Source: Centroscyllium fabricii (lineage: Eukaryota). From it: a DNA stretch of 64,000 bases. The number at the start of each line of letters is the position of its first letter. Within the stretch, counting starts at the first letter, position 1. Below are positions 1-13,121 of the stretch, piece by piece. Both the position numbers and the translations under genes were made by a program. The notes below the pieces were generated by a model. That model was given only the letters and a program-made list of their open reading frames with translations, did not search any database and was not told the origin of the DNA. The stretch lies in assembly GCA_051313645.2 (NCBI GenBank), contig JBNRSN020000029.1:40920001-40984000 (forward strand), given 5' to 3'.

Positions 1-280
1 TATAACACACGATCCATTGCTTTCAATGGAGAGTAAAATCGGACGGCAGGGGGTGGGAGGTGATATGAGCGTTTGACCTGATCTCGTTATTTTGCTGACG
101 GGTGGGTGAGGTTAAAATTGTCCCCAGGTGAATCAGATAGACTGCAGAGTCCTTTCGTGTCTATACTTTCCTAAAATGGCTTACCACCTTTTAGATCTGT
201 GCCTATTACCCCCGTAAATCGCTGATTCAATTTCTTGATATGGATTTCTACCCTTCCCATAGAAATGAAACAAGTCTTAC

Positions 281-307
281 CAAAATCATAAAGTACATTC
301 GTTTTGA
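281..307 (-). CDS. Candidate 27-nt phase-1 micro-exon (xKTNVLYDF)
   Basis: Minus strand ggttgcag|TCAAAACGAATGTACTTTATGATTTTG|gtaaga; strong donor, weak acceptor. Confidence 0.35.
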
Positions 308-388
308 CTGCAACCATGGTGTATTACACCTCCTCTTCGTCTTCGAAACCTTTTGCACATTTTGTATCTATAGACTTAGCATCCTACA

Positions 389-646
389 CCAAAGATGTGC
401 GGGTTAGGTTGATTGGCCATGATAAATTGACTCTTCGTGTTAGGGGGATTGAATATGTGGGGTTACGGGGATCGAGTGGGATATGTGTCGATGCAGGTTC
501 GCTAGGAATCGAGGGATATGGGGGAGGGCAGGGGCGGGACACTGGGTTTGGATGATTAGCCATGATCTCATTGAATGGCGGAGCAGGCTCGAAGGGCCGA
601 ATGGCCTACTCCTGCTCCTAGTTTCTATGTTTCTATATTTCTATGT
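389..646 (+). mobile_element. 5'-truncated HE1-type V-SINE with CR1-derived tail
   Basis: ccaaagatgtgcgggttaggttgattggcc body, ggccgaatggcctactcctgctcc tail and ttctatgt repeats; matches the full copy at 35110. Confidence 0.9.
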
Positions 647-649
647 TGC

Positions 650-1200
650 ACTAATGCCTCTGCGCCTTTGTGCTGCTCAGTGCAATATCGTTGGCCTTTA
701 CCTATCCGCTCATAAGCAACGATTTATTTACCAAAGGATTGTCTTCCCATCCCCTTTCAGACACCGTCAGAATTCAACAAGAATGCGCTCTTAGCTCGTC
801 TTATTCCTAATCAACACTTTACCCGTTGGTGGCGTCATCCTAAGACACGAGGCCAGCTTCCACGTGTACGCTTATGACACCCGGCTCTACCTCTCCTGAA
901 CATCGCTCGCCCATTCTTCTGCCTCAATGCTATAACATTGATTTTATATATCCAGTACTGGACGATTCTCCATTTCTTCCAGCGAAACAGTGACAAGACC
1001 AAAGTCCATATTACTGGTTCCCACCAGAATATCTGTATCCCAGGCCCTGACGTCACCCCCGCTGCAGTGAATAACGTAAGGTTAACTGGACTGCTTGAAA
1101 TGTTGATACCTATGCAACCCTGATCTCCGCCTTTGACCCCTCCTAATATATATTCCTACGGATCCACAGCCATTTATTTTTTTGCACCTCTGCAAAGAGA
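650..1200 (+). mobile_element. Highly degraded Penelope-like fragment (probable GIY-YIG region)
   Basis: Pyrimidine-rich sequence resembling the C-terminal part of the Penelope copy at 39.1-39.8 kb; no intact ORF. Confidence 0.4.
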
Positions 1201-1454
1201 TGATTACGTCTCTGTGAAGCGCTTGTGTGTCTTTGTTACTGCGGTAAAAAATACACCTAATTGTTTTAAGAATAGCATACACTTAAGGCACTTTGTTTCT
1301 AGGAATTTATATTTTAAAGTGTCATTACAATGTGCAGCGCTGATGGAAACTATTTGCATACTGGCTGTATGAGTTACCCATTAGCAGAGTACAAGGGGGG
1401 CAGCCAATTAGCAAATGTACATTAATAAACCGTAAGTTCTTCAACGTTCTTTGC

Positions 1455-4400
1455 TTTATTAATTCGTTTATGGGATGTGCACATCGTTGGCAAGGACAGC
1501 AGCTATTGCACATCCCTAATTGCTCTTGAGAATGTGGTGGTGAGCTGCCTTCTTGAAACGCTGTAGTCCGTGTGGTGATGGTACTCGCACAGTGTTAGGT
1601 AGCTTAGTTCTAGTATTTTTACCCGGTGATAAATTTCTACGTCAGGATGCTGTGTGACTTGGAGTGCAATTAGGAGATGGTGGTCCCATGCTTCCCTTTT
1701 CTTTCTAGGTGGAAGAGGTCGCCGGTTTGGAGGTGCTATCGAAGAAGCCTTGGCGAAATGCTGCAGTGCATCTTGTAGATGGTATACACTGCAGCCACGG
1801 TACGCCAGTGGAGGAGGGAGTGAATGTTTAATGTGGAAAATGGGGTACTGATCATGCACTCTGCTATGGCTTGGAAAGTGTGAAGCTTCTGGCGTGTTGT
1901 TGGAACTGTCGTGATCCAGGCAAGTGCAGAGTACTCCACCACACTGCTTACTTGTGCCTTGTAGGGGGTGGAATGGTTTTGGGGAGTCAGGATGTGAGAC
2001 ACATGCCGCAGAATACCTAGCCTCTGATCTGCCTTTGTTGCCACAGTATTTACGTGGCTGGTCCAGTTAAGTTTCTGGTCAATGGTGACCACCAGGATCT
2101 TGTTTGTGAGGTATTCGGCGGTGGAAATGCCGTTGAATGTCATGTGGATGTGGAAAGAACCTCGCTTTTGGGAGATAGTCATTGCCTGGTGCTTCTATGG
2201 CACCAATGTTACAGGCCACGTCGTCCAGGCTTCGTTGCATGAGGGCATAGACCTTTTCATTATCTGAGGTGTTGCTAATGGCGCTGAACACTGCGCAGTC
2301 ATCAGCAAACATTCCCATTTTACATCCCATTTCTGACATTATGGTGGAGGGAAGATAATTGATGAAGCAGCTGAAGGTGGATGGGCCTGGGACACTGCAC
2401 TGAGGAACAGCTGCAGCATAGAAACATAGAAGATAGGAGCAGGAGTAGGCCATTAGGCCCTTCGAGCCTGCTCCGCCATTCAATAAGATCATGGCTGATA
2501 ATCCTAACCCAGTACCCTGTCCCTATATCCCTCGATCCCTATCGAGCGTGCACTGACACATATCCCACCCTATCCCAATATCCCTACATATTCAATCCAC
2601 CTAACACTAAGCGTCAATGTATATTCCTGGGGCTGTGAATATTGACCTTCAACCACCCCAATGAACTTCCTTTGTGCTAGGTATGACTCCAGCCAATGGA
2701 GCATTTTCGTCCGATTCCCTTTGACTTTAGTTTTACTAGGGCTTCTTCATGCAGCACTCGGTCAAATGCTGCCTTGAAGTCAAGGGCAGTCACTTTCAGG
2801 ACACCGCTGGAATTTAGCTCCTATGTGCATGGTTGGACCAAGACTGTAATGAGGTCGGGAGCCAAGTTCTCTTGGCAATACCAAGCTGAGTATTAGTGAG
2901 CAGTTGTTTGGTGAGTAATTGCCGTTTGATAGCGCTGCCGTTGACACCTTCCACCATTTTGCAGATGATTGAGAGTTGAGTAGTATTTGGCCAGTTTGGA
3001 TTTGTCCAGCTTTTTGTGAACAGGAAATACTTGGGCAGTTGTCCACATTGTCAGGAAGATGCCAGTGTTGTCGCTGTAATGGAACAGCTTGGCTGGAGAC
3101 GTGGCTCATTCTGGAGTAACGTCTTCAGTATGGTAGCTGAGATGTTGTCGGGATTCATATCCTTTGCCATATCAAGTGCGCGCAAACGTTTCTACATATC
3201 ACGGGCAGTGAACTGAGTTAGCTGAAGACTGGCTTCTGTGAAGATGGGGACCTCAGGAGTAGGCCAATATTGATCAACCACTCTGCACACCTGGCTGAAG
3301 ATGGTTGCAAACGCTTCAGCCATGTATTTTGCAATTACATGCTGTGTTCCACCATCATTGAGGATGGGATTATTCATGCAGCATCCACCCATTAATTGTT
3401 TAATGTGCCACTACCATTCACGGCTGGATGCAGCAGAACTGCAGAGTTTTGATCCGATCCATTGTTTGTGGGATAGCTCAGCCCTGTCTACAGCATGCTG
3501 CCTCGGCTTTTTAGCATGCATGATGTCCGCTGTTGCAGCTTCCCCATTTTGGTACCTAATTTTAAGGTACGCTTGGTGCTGCTCTTCTACACACGTTATC
3601 TTACCAGGGTTGGACCTCTGGCTTGATGGTAATGGTAGAGTGAGGGACAGTACTTTCCATTAAGTTTCAGATTGTGGTGGAATACAATTCTGCGGCTGCT
3701 GATGGTCGACAGCGCCTCATGGATGCCCAATATTGTGCTGTCAGATCTATTCTGAATCTATCCAATTTGGCGTGGTGTAGTGGCATACAACACGATGTCC
3801 TCAGTGTGAAGACGTGACTTCGTCCCCACAATCATTATGCTGTGGTGACTGATAGCAATACTCTCCTGGACAGATGCATCTGCAATAGGTAGATTGATGA
3901 CGACGATGTCAAGTAGGTTTTTCCCTTGTGCTTCTTCCACGTGGTGTTCAATATGGAGGAGAATTAATTCATTAGCTGACGGAAGGTGTAAGCTGGTAGT
4001 CTGCAGGATGTTACCTTGCCAATGTGTGACCTGTAGCCGTGAGACTTCATGGGGTCCATTGTAAAAGTTGAGTATTGTCAGGGACTCTCATTCCCGACTG
4101 TAAAACAAACAGCTATGAACACAATAATAAGAATGAAATGTGATGGTACTTTCGGCACCACTGTGCCGCCACACCTGGTGATGGAGGATTTTGGGAAATT
4201 GACTGAAATGTATGATCCTGTGAGTATGACAACCTGTGGCTGATGCTTGACTAGTCTGTGGGACAGCTCTCCAAATTTTGGCAGACGAACCCAGATGTTG
4301 CTGCGGACGACTTTGCGGGCTTGACTGTGTCGGGTGTCGGGGCCAGGTGTTCCGTCCCATTTTCATTCTTATTAATGCATTTTGCAGTGGTTTATTAAAA

Positions 4401-4705
4401 CTGAGTGGCTTGCTAAGCCATTGCACATGGAACCACGCTGCTGTGGGTCTGGGGTCACATATAGGCCAGACCAGGTAAGGGCAGCAGATTCCCTTCTCTA
4501 AAGGACATTAATGAATCTGATGAGTTTTCTTAGGGCAATCCGATATTTTCATGGTTGCCGTTACCAATAACAGCTTTTTATTCCAGATTTATTTAATTAA
4601 CTGCACTTAAAGTTGTCTGCCGTGGACGGTTTTGAACTGACGTTTCTGGATCATTTTCCAGGCCTCTAGATTACCCGCCCAGTGAAATTACCACTACGCA
4701 ACCAA
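1455..4705 (-). mobile_element. Degenerate non-LTR retrotransposon (L2/CR1-group, APE + RT) with tRNA/SINE-like 5' head
   Basis: RT fragments VPQCSVPGPSTFSCFINYLP..MFADD and YKAQVSSVVEYS; APE fragment NLLDIVVINLP..SHH; A/B-box-like motifs at 4627-4701. Confidence 0.8.
2417..2612 (-). mobile_element. Truncated HE1-type SINE nested in LINE
   Basis: catagaaacatagaagataggagcaggagtaggcc tail interrupts the RT region. Confidence 0.85.
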
Positions 4706-4753
4706 TTCCTTGCATGAAACGTTTTGTTAAAATGTTCCATGTATTTTCGAAAC

Positions 4754-4786
4754 CAGTGCTTTTCCACATGGTAGTCATTGAATTAG
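4754..4786 (-). CDS. Weak candidate 33-nt phase-1 micro-exon (xNSMTTMWKST)
   Basis: Pyrimidine tract plus aag acceptor, weak gtttcg donor, 74-nt intron from the exon at 4861. Confidence 0.25.
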
Positions 4787-4860
4787 CTTTCGACACAACC
4801 AGAGACAAACAAGGAAAAGGTTCACCGAAAAAAATTGTGAATTATATTTTTATGCCTTAC

Positions 4861-4887
4861 TGCAGTCTTGAAGTTGTTTTTTCAATT
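4861..4887 (-). CDS. 27-nt phase-1 micro-exon (ELKKQLQDC)
   Basis: ttttatttag|AATTGAAAAAACAACTTCAAGACTGCA|gtaagg; amphipathic helical peptide. Confidence 0.65.
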
Positions 4888-5064
4888 CTAAATAAAATTA
4901 CATGAACCATGTCATCTTAAGCGATTGTAGTAAGATCTCATCAACAGAATGTTATTATACAAGTTCAGTAATGGTACACTGTCAAACCATAACAAAATAA
5001 ACCTCGGTGCTCTACACAGGGATACCAACCACTTTCTCTTAGATCAAAATAGCTTATGCTGCAT

Positions 5065-5298
5065 TTACCAGAGGGTGGTGAATATGTGGAATTCTTCACA
5101 ACAGAATGTTGTGGAGGCCAAATCACTGAATATATTTAAGAAGGAGATAGATAGATTTCTAGAAACAAAGGCATCACGGGTTCTGGAGAGAGAGCGGGAA
5201 TGTGGTATTGAGATAAAAGATCAGCCATGATCATATTGAATGGTGGAGGAGTCTCGAAGAACCGAATAGCCTACTGCTGCTCCTGCTTGTTTCTATGC
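5065..5298 (+). mobile_element. CR1 3'-end fragment
   Basis: QRVVNMWNS..VVEAKSLNIFKKEIDRFL ORF2 C-terminus plus 3' UTR. Confidence 0.85.
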
Positions 5299-5460
5299 AA
5301 TTTAGAGCAGGATCTGATGTCATTTACCAATTGTACAAAATGCACCCACCTTTCTCTGTTCATTCTACCTTCTCTCTTGTTTTGCAAAACCAATTCACAC
5401 ATTTATGGACCGATACATTGACTAAATATTTTTTCTAGTTCAATGTTAAATATAATGAGT

Positions 5461-6459
5461 GGGGGGCGGAATCGGCTGGTTGCACCTCCCGTTCGTGGGA
5501 TCGGGGGGCGCTAATGGGGGTGCAAAGCATCTAGTATCCGGTCGCGGTGAGGTTAGTGCCGCTCGGGAAATTGACTAGGCATTTTGGGGCGACGCTAAGC
5601 ACTACCTCCACGATCTCCTGTGACGGCAGATGCTGACGTCATTAGAGTGCACTACGCCCCGGTAGTGTCCCGCCCAAATATTGAGTGGCGCCCGCTGCCT
5701 TTCCACCTGCCACTAGCAACAACAGGTTGAGGAGAGCGTTCTGAAGTCAGAAAGGGACTGGGGAGCGCTATTTAAAGGTTACTGCTTCCTGCCTTTTTCT
5801 GTTGGTGACATTTTTGCACCACGCATTCTGAGAGAGTGAGAGAGAGAAACTTTTGGAGAGATTCAACACCAAAGGAGTTTTGGGTACTGAGCAGTAGTTT
5901 GCAGGTTCAATTCGTATTACCCATCCTTGTATGGATGTAGAAGAGAATGTGGGGGCTGCACTCTCAGCTCTTTCTTGGGTCTATCCATTGTTCTTCCCAA
6001 CACATTTCATTTAGCTATCTCTCCAGGCCCAGATTCAAGTCTGCAATGAGCAGGATGTGGATGGGGAGCAAGATCAACCCTCCCCTTTAAGACAAAAACA
6101 GAAAATGCTGGAGAAACTCAACACGTCAAACAGCATCTGTGAAGACAGAAACAGAGTTAACTTTTCACGTGGATGACCTTTCGTCAGAACTCACGTTTAA
6201 GAATTAGACGGTGCCAGTGTGTCTGTGTTCCATTGCTGACTGACCTCACATGAGCTTTCCCAGCGCTCTGAGGTAATGGCTCACTTCTCGGCCTGTGCAC
6301 CTTAACCGAGGTGTCTACCGCCTGATGCAGCGCTCCAATCACCTCCGGAGTCAAAAAAGCCAAGTTTGCAGTTGGAGGAGATAATGAGCGCCAGCCGCTA
6401 AATTTAGCGCTGCGCTGAGTATAGCGCCCCCAAATGGGGCGCTACCGAATTGTTCCCCC
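5461..6459. mobile_element. Non-autonomous PIF/Harbinger-like element
   Basis: Imperfect TIRs ggggggcggaatcgg / ccgaattgttccccc, agt/aat flanks, GC-rich subterminal sequence similar to the element at 29784. Confidence 0.6.
6088..6190 (-). mobile_element. Penelope terminal-repeat fragment with degenerate hammerhead motif
   Basis: Minus strand CTGACGAAAGGTCATCCACGTGAAA; homologous to 39967-40065. Confidence 0.7.
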
Positions 6460-8377
6460 AATAAGCTATGAAGTGATGTACACAATAGTTATCACCATTG
6501 TTGCGGTTGTTATATGCAGCAGCATCATCAATAAAAAAGAAAATTGTCAGAGTAAAACGGGCTTCCAATTCCGATGGTGCGCTTTGCACCAACACTCATG
6601 ACAATGTATACCCCACGGACATCAATGGAACTGACTATCAGGAGGAAACTAAAACAGTTAGTCCACCTCATTTCATGCCATTCCGCCCGTTGTGAATACG
6701 GACCTAAGAATTTCGAATGTATCTATTCCAGCTTTTCATTTCATTAATCAGCATGATTGAGGTTCATGCAAAGGCCCTTGGTTGCAACCTAAAGATGGTG
6801 TTCCACAGTGAGCTGAGCTGTGTTTTGAGCTGCAAATTCGCCAGCTACGACAGCCTCCTTCCACCACAGTTAGCATGACCACTTGTGAGCGAAATGAACT
6901 AGCCACTAATAAACCGCTTCATCACTAGGTTAAAAACGTGTCAACTGCGTTGCTCGCCGCCCGCCTCATCTATCAGATATCAGCAAATCGAGAACACTCC
7001 AGATCTACCTGTCTCCTGCGGAATGGGCATAAAAATCAACTTCACCAACAGCAAATCTGATGTTGGATGATAGGCATCCACTAACGCACCCACCCAATGT
7101 TCCTTTCGAGTAAAATCAGTGTACATGTGTTTTATAACAGGCTGCCGGTCGGCGATTGATCACCTTGCACTACGAGTCATGAATAATTTCATGTGCAAAC
7201 TACTTTCCGGGTCTCGCACCTGAAACATACGCTAGATTTCTGTAAAACTTTGTTAGCGCTTGTTCCTGCTTCTTCAACTCTGGCATTGGAAAGCAGTGCA
7301 GCCTCGGCAAGCAATTTCATTTCAAAAGGAACGACCGTGGTAGGCAGTTTACGGTTTTGCTTTCCTTAAGTGCGCAAGTAGCGCGAAAGTAGAAAATCTC
7401 CCATAAATAATTTGCATTTTCATGGCAATTTTGCGAATTGCTACGTATTGCTCAATTTAAAAAATAAATCGAAAATAACCACACTTTACCATTCACGCTG
7501 CCGGTTTGCTCCTCTGTAACAGAAACAGAACAGGTGGTATCAAATTGAAAACAAAGGCATATAATGTTGCCACGATTAGTGGGAGGCCAGAGCATTTGGA
7601 AAATTTTAAAAACCAGCCTAGGTAGATTTACAAAAATAATAAACGGAGAGACGATGAATTAGTAGAGTAAACTAGACAGAAATATAAAATAGTTAGTAAG
7701 ATCTTCTGCAGGTATATAAAAAGAAAGAGCAGCTAAAGTAAACTTTGGTCCCTTACAGGATGAGATTGTGTAATTAATAATGCGGAACAGGGAAATGGGA
7801 GAGACATTGAACAAATATTTTGTATCAGTATTCACGGTAGAAGACACTAGAATCAGACAATAACACATAATCATGGGGCTACAGGTAGGGGCGAACTTAA
7901 ACCAATCACTATCATTAAGGAAAAGGTACTGGGTAAAATAATGGGACTAAAGGTGGACACGTCCCCTGGTCCTGATGGCCTTCAGTCTAGAGTCTTAATA
8001 TAATTGTCTGAAGAGATACTAGATGCATTGTTTGCAATCTAGCAGCATTCCCTGGACTCTGGAGAGGTGCCAGCGGATTAGAAAACCGCAACTGTAACGC
8101 CCCTATTTAAGATGGTAGGGATACAGGAAGGAAGAAACTATAGACCAGTTAGCCTAAAATCTGTCATTGGGAAAATGCTGGAGTCCATCATTAAGGAAGC
8201 AATAGCAGGAATTTCAAAATTTCACAAAACATTCAAGCAGAGTCAGCATGGTTTGTGAAAGGGAAATCATGTTTGACAAATTTGCTGGAGTTCCTTGAGG
8301 ATGGAAAGAGCAGGGTGGATAAATTAGAACCAGTCGATGTGGTGTATTTGGATTGCCAGAAAACAAGCGATACGATG

Positions 8378-8605
8378 ACCAAAGATGTGCGGGTTAGATT
8401 GATTGGCCGTGAAAAATAGACCCTTAGTGTTAGGGGGGATTGAATATGTGGGGTTACGGGGAAAGGCAGGGATATGTGTCGGTGCAGGCTCAATAGGGAT
8501 CGAGGGAGAGGGCATGGGCGGAGTACTGGGTTTGGATGATCAGACATGATCTCATTGAATGGCGGAGCGGGCTCGAAGGGCCGAATGGCCTACTCCTGCT
8601 CCTAT
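8378..8605 (+). mobile_element. Truncated HE1-type SINE (rest of tail at about 12200-12223)
   Basis: V-SINE body and tail, interrupted at ctcctat. Confidence 0.85.
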
Positions 8606-11600
8606 AAGAACATAAGAACATAAGAAATAGGAGCAGGAGTAGGCCAATCGGCCCCTCGAGCCTGCTCAGCCATTCAACAAGATCATGGCTGATCTGATCC
8701 TAACCTCAATTTTATTTTTACTCTCCACCCCGCCCAGACCCATGTGATCACCTGGTAGAGGCGAAAAACCAGCAAAAAAAAACCAGTAGCCAATTTGGGA
8801 GAAACAAAACAGGAAAATTCCTCTCCGACCCATCTAGGCGATCGAAAACTGGTCCAGGAGATAACATGGCCGATCTGAACCTAGCCTCACGTCCACTTAC
8901 CTGCCCGCTTACCATAACCCCTAATTCCCTTTAATTACAGGAAACTGTCTATCTCAGTTTTAAATTTACTCAACGTAGTGGCTTCCACAGCTCTCTGGGG
9001 CAGCAAATTCCACAGCCCCACCACCCTCTGACTGAAGAAGTTCCTCCTCATCTCAGTTTTGAAATGGCAGCCACATATTTTAAGATTATGCCCCCTAGTC
9101 CTAGTTTCACCCACCATTGGGAACATCCTCACCGCATCCACCCGATCAAGCCCTCTCACAATCTTATATATTTCAATAAGATCGCCTCTCATTCTTCTGA
9201 ACTCCAATGAGTAGAGGCCCAATCTACTCAGCCTCTCGTCATATGTTAGCCCCCTCATCCCCGGAATTAACCTAGTGAACCTTCTTTGCACTGCCTCGAG
9301 AGCAAGTATGTCCTTTCTTAAATAGGGATACCAGAACTGCACGCAGTATTCCAGGTGTGGTTTCACCAATACCCTGTACAACTGCAGCAAGACCTCCCTG
9401 CTTTTATACTCAATCCCCTTAGCAATAAAAGCCAACATTCCGTTTGGCCTTCCTTACCACCTGCTGCACCTGCATATTAACTTTTTGTGTTTCCTGCACC
9501 AGGACCCACAGATCCCTTTGCACTGAAGTACTTTCCAGTTCCTTTCCATTTAGATAATAACTCGCTCTATTATTTTTCCTGCCAAAGTGCATAACTTCCA
9601 GTATTATACTACATCTACTAAATCTCTGCCCACTGACGTAGCCTATCTATGTCCTTTTGCAGGTTTTTAATGTCCTCCTCATTCATCACCCTCCCTCCCA
9701 TCTTTGTGTCATCCGCAGACTTTGATATGTTGCACTTGGTCCCTTCTTCCAAATCGTTAATATAGATTGTAAAGAGTTGGGGTCCCAGCACCGACCCTTG
9801 CGGAACACCACTCGTGACTGCCTGCCAGACTGAGAACGAACTATTTATCCCAACTCTCTGTTTTCTACCATGCCAGAATATTACCCCCAACCCCGTGATT
9901 TTTTATCTTGAGTAATAATCTTCTGTGGGGCACCTTGTCAAATGCCTTTTGGAAGTCCTAATACACCACATCCAGTGATTCCCCTTTATCCACCCTATAT
10001 GTTATGTCCTCAAAGAACTCTAGCAAATTTGTCAAACATGACTTTCCCTTTGTAAAACCATGCTGACTTTGTCCTATTAAATGGTGTTTATCCAAATGCC
10101 CTGTTACTGTTTCCTTAATAATAGATTCTAACATTTTGCCAACTACAGATGTTAGGTTAACTGGTCTATAATTTCCAGCCTTCTGTCTATTACCCTTTTT
10201 AAATAAGGGCGTTACTTTAGCAGTTTTCCAATCTGCCGGAACCTTGGCCGAGTCTAGAGAGTTTTGAAAAATTATTACCAACGCATCCGCAATCCCTACC
10301 GCCACTTCCTTCAAGACCCTAGGATGTAAACCATCTGGTCCAGGCGATTTATCCTCCTTAAGTCCCATAATTTTCCCGAGTACCACCTCCTTAGTGACTT
10401 TAATCGTAATTAGCTCCTCCCCCATAGAGCCACCTGTTTATCCAATGTTGGGATATTTTGAGTGTCCTCTACTGTAAAGACTGATACAAAATATTTGTTC
10501 AGCGCTTTTGCCTTCTCCATATCTCCTACCATTAATTTCCCGGTCTCATCCTCTAAAGGACCAACATTTACTTTTGCCACCCTTTTTCTTTTTATGTAAC
10601 TATAGAAACTATTGCTATCTGTTTTATATTTTTTGCTAATTTACTTTCATAATCCATCTTCCCTTTCCTAATCAATCCTTTTGTTATCTTTTGCTGACAT
10701 TTAAAAACTTCCCTATCTTCTCACTAGATTTAGCTACCTTATATAACTTTGTTTTTAGTCGGATACTCTCCTTTATTACTTTACTTAGCCACGGATAGTT
10801 GTTTTTTCTTTTACACCCCTTTTTCCTCAGTGGAATATATTTTTCTTGAAAGTTATAAAATAACTCCTTGAATACACACCACTGATCATGTACCGTCTTA
10901 CCGTTTAATCTGTTTCCCCAGTCCACCTTAATCAATTCTGCTATCATACCGTCATAGTCTCCTTTATTTAAGCTCAGTACCCTTGTTTGAGATCCAACCC
11001 TCTCACCCTCTAATTGAATTTGAAATTCGACCATGTTGTGGTCACTCTTTCCAAGGGGATCCTTTACTAGGACATTTCTAATTAATCCTGTCTCATTACA
11101 CAGGACCAGATCCAAGATTGCTTGCCCCCTGGTCGGTTCAGTTACGTACTGTTCAAGGAACCCATCCCTAATACCCTCAATGAACTCTTTCTCAAGGCTG
11201 CCAGGTCCAACTTGATTAGTCCAGTCAATATGAAAGTTAAAATCGCCCATAATTATAGCTGTTCCCTTATTACAAGCCCCAACTATTTCCTGATTTATAC
11301 TCCGACCAACTGAATTACAACTGTTTGGAGGCCTATAGACTACGCCCACCAGTGTTTTTTTCCCTTTATTATTTCTTATTTCCACCCAAACTGTTTCACC
11401 ATCTTGATCCTCTGAGCCAATATCATTCCGCTGTATTCCCGTGATACCTTGCCTTACTAACATAGCCACCCCACCTCCCCTTTCTTCCCGCCTGTCCCTC
11501 CTAATCGTTAAATACCCTTGTATGTTTAATGCCCAGTCCTGGTCACCCTGTAGCCATGTCTCCGTAATTGCCACAAGATCATACCCATATGTAACTATTT

Positions 11601-12200
11601 GTGCCGTCAACTCGTCCATTTTATTACGAATACTACATGCATTCAAATAAAGGACTTTCAAATATGTCTGACACTTCATTCCTTCTTTTTCCATTTTTTC
11701 AACTTTACCTTTATCTCCATACATTCTTTCCCTTCCTGACACATTCTGTCTTTTAATTGCCCCGTTGTTACCTATGTCCATTACGTTCTCCAGTGTCATT
11801 TTATTTATTTGCTCTCTAGAACCCCCCCCCCCCCACTAATTAGTTTAAAAGCCCTCTCTACAGCCCTAGTTATTTGATTCGCCAGGACACTGGTCCCAGC
11901 CCGGTTCAGGTGAAGCCCGTCCTGCCGAAACAGTTCTCTCCTGTCCCAGTACTGGTGCCAGTGTCCCAAGAAGGAAAACCAAATTCTCCCACACCAGTCT
12001 TTGAGCCACGCATTTAACTCCCTAATTTTATTTACCCTAGCCAAATTCGCTCGTGGCTCAGGTAATAACCCAGAGATTATTACCCTTGAGTTTCTGTTTT
12101 TTAGTTTGACCCCTAGCTGCTCATACTCCTGTAACAGAACCTTCTTCCTTGTCTTATCTATGTCGTTGGTACCAACATGTACCAGGACAACTGGATCCTC
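8606..12200 (-). mobile_element. Relatively young CR1 LINE: ORF1 esterase C-terminus, APE endonuclease, RT, 3' UTR, (TTCTTATG)n tail
   Basis: ORFs 11805-12044 (DGLHLNRAG), 10684-11799 (AITETWL, GDFN, SDH), 9958-10425, 9618-9890 ([13 protein letters not shown]), 8935-9438; a few frameshifts. Confidence 0.95.
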
Positions 12201-13121
12201 TATCTTCTATGTTTCTATGTTTCTACATAAAAGGTTAGTACACAAGTTAAGAGCTCACTGGATTGGGTGTAATATATTAGCATGGATAAAGAATTGGCTA
12301 ACTAACAGTAAGCAGAGTGTCGGGATAAATGGGTAGTTTTCCTGTTGGCGAACGGTAACATATGGGGTGCCACAGGGATACCTGCTGGGACCTCAACTAT
12401 TTACAAAATATATTAATGTCTTGGATGAAGGGACCGAGAGTAATGGTGCAATATTTGCAGATTATAGGTGGAAAATAAATTTGTGAAGAGGACACAAATA
12501 ATTTGCAAAGGGATTTAGACAGGCTAAGCGAGTGGGCAAACATTTGTCAGATGGTGTATAATGTGGGAACGTGTTAGTTTATCCACTTCCATAAGAAAAA
12601 TGTTAAAAGGAAATTATTATTTAAATGGAGAGCGATTACATAATGCTCTAGGACAGAGGGGCCTGGGGGTCCTTGTGCGTGAAATACAAACAGTTGGCCT
12701 CAAGTACTGCAATTAATCAGGAAGGCAAATGGAATGTTGGACATTATTGCATGGCTTTGAGAGCATAACAGCAGGTGAGCCCTGCGACAACTCTACAGGG
12801 AATTATTGGGACCACACCTGGAGTATTGTGTACAGCTTTGGTCTCCTTATATAAGGAGGGATATACTTGCAGTGGAGGCAGTTCAAGAAGGTTCACGAGT
12901 TTGATTCTTAAGATGAAGGTGGTGTCTTATGAAGAAAGGTTGAGCAGGTTGGGCCTATACACATTGGCGTTTAGAAAAATGACAAGTGATTATATTGAAT
13001 CACATAAGATACTGAGGCGGCTTGACAAGGTATACGCAGAGAAGTTGTTTCCCCTCATGGGGGAATCTAGAACAAGAGGGCATATTTTCAGAATAAGGGC
13101 TCGTCCATTTAAAACTGAGAT

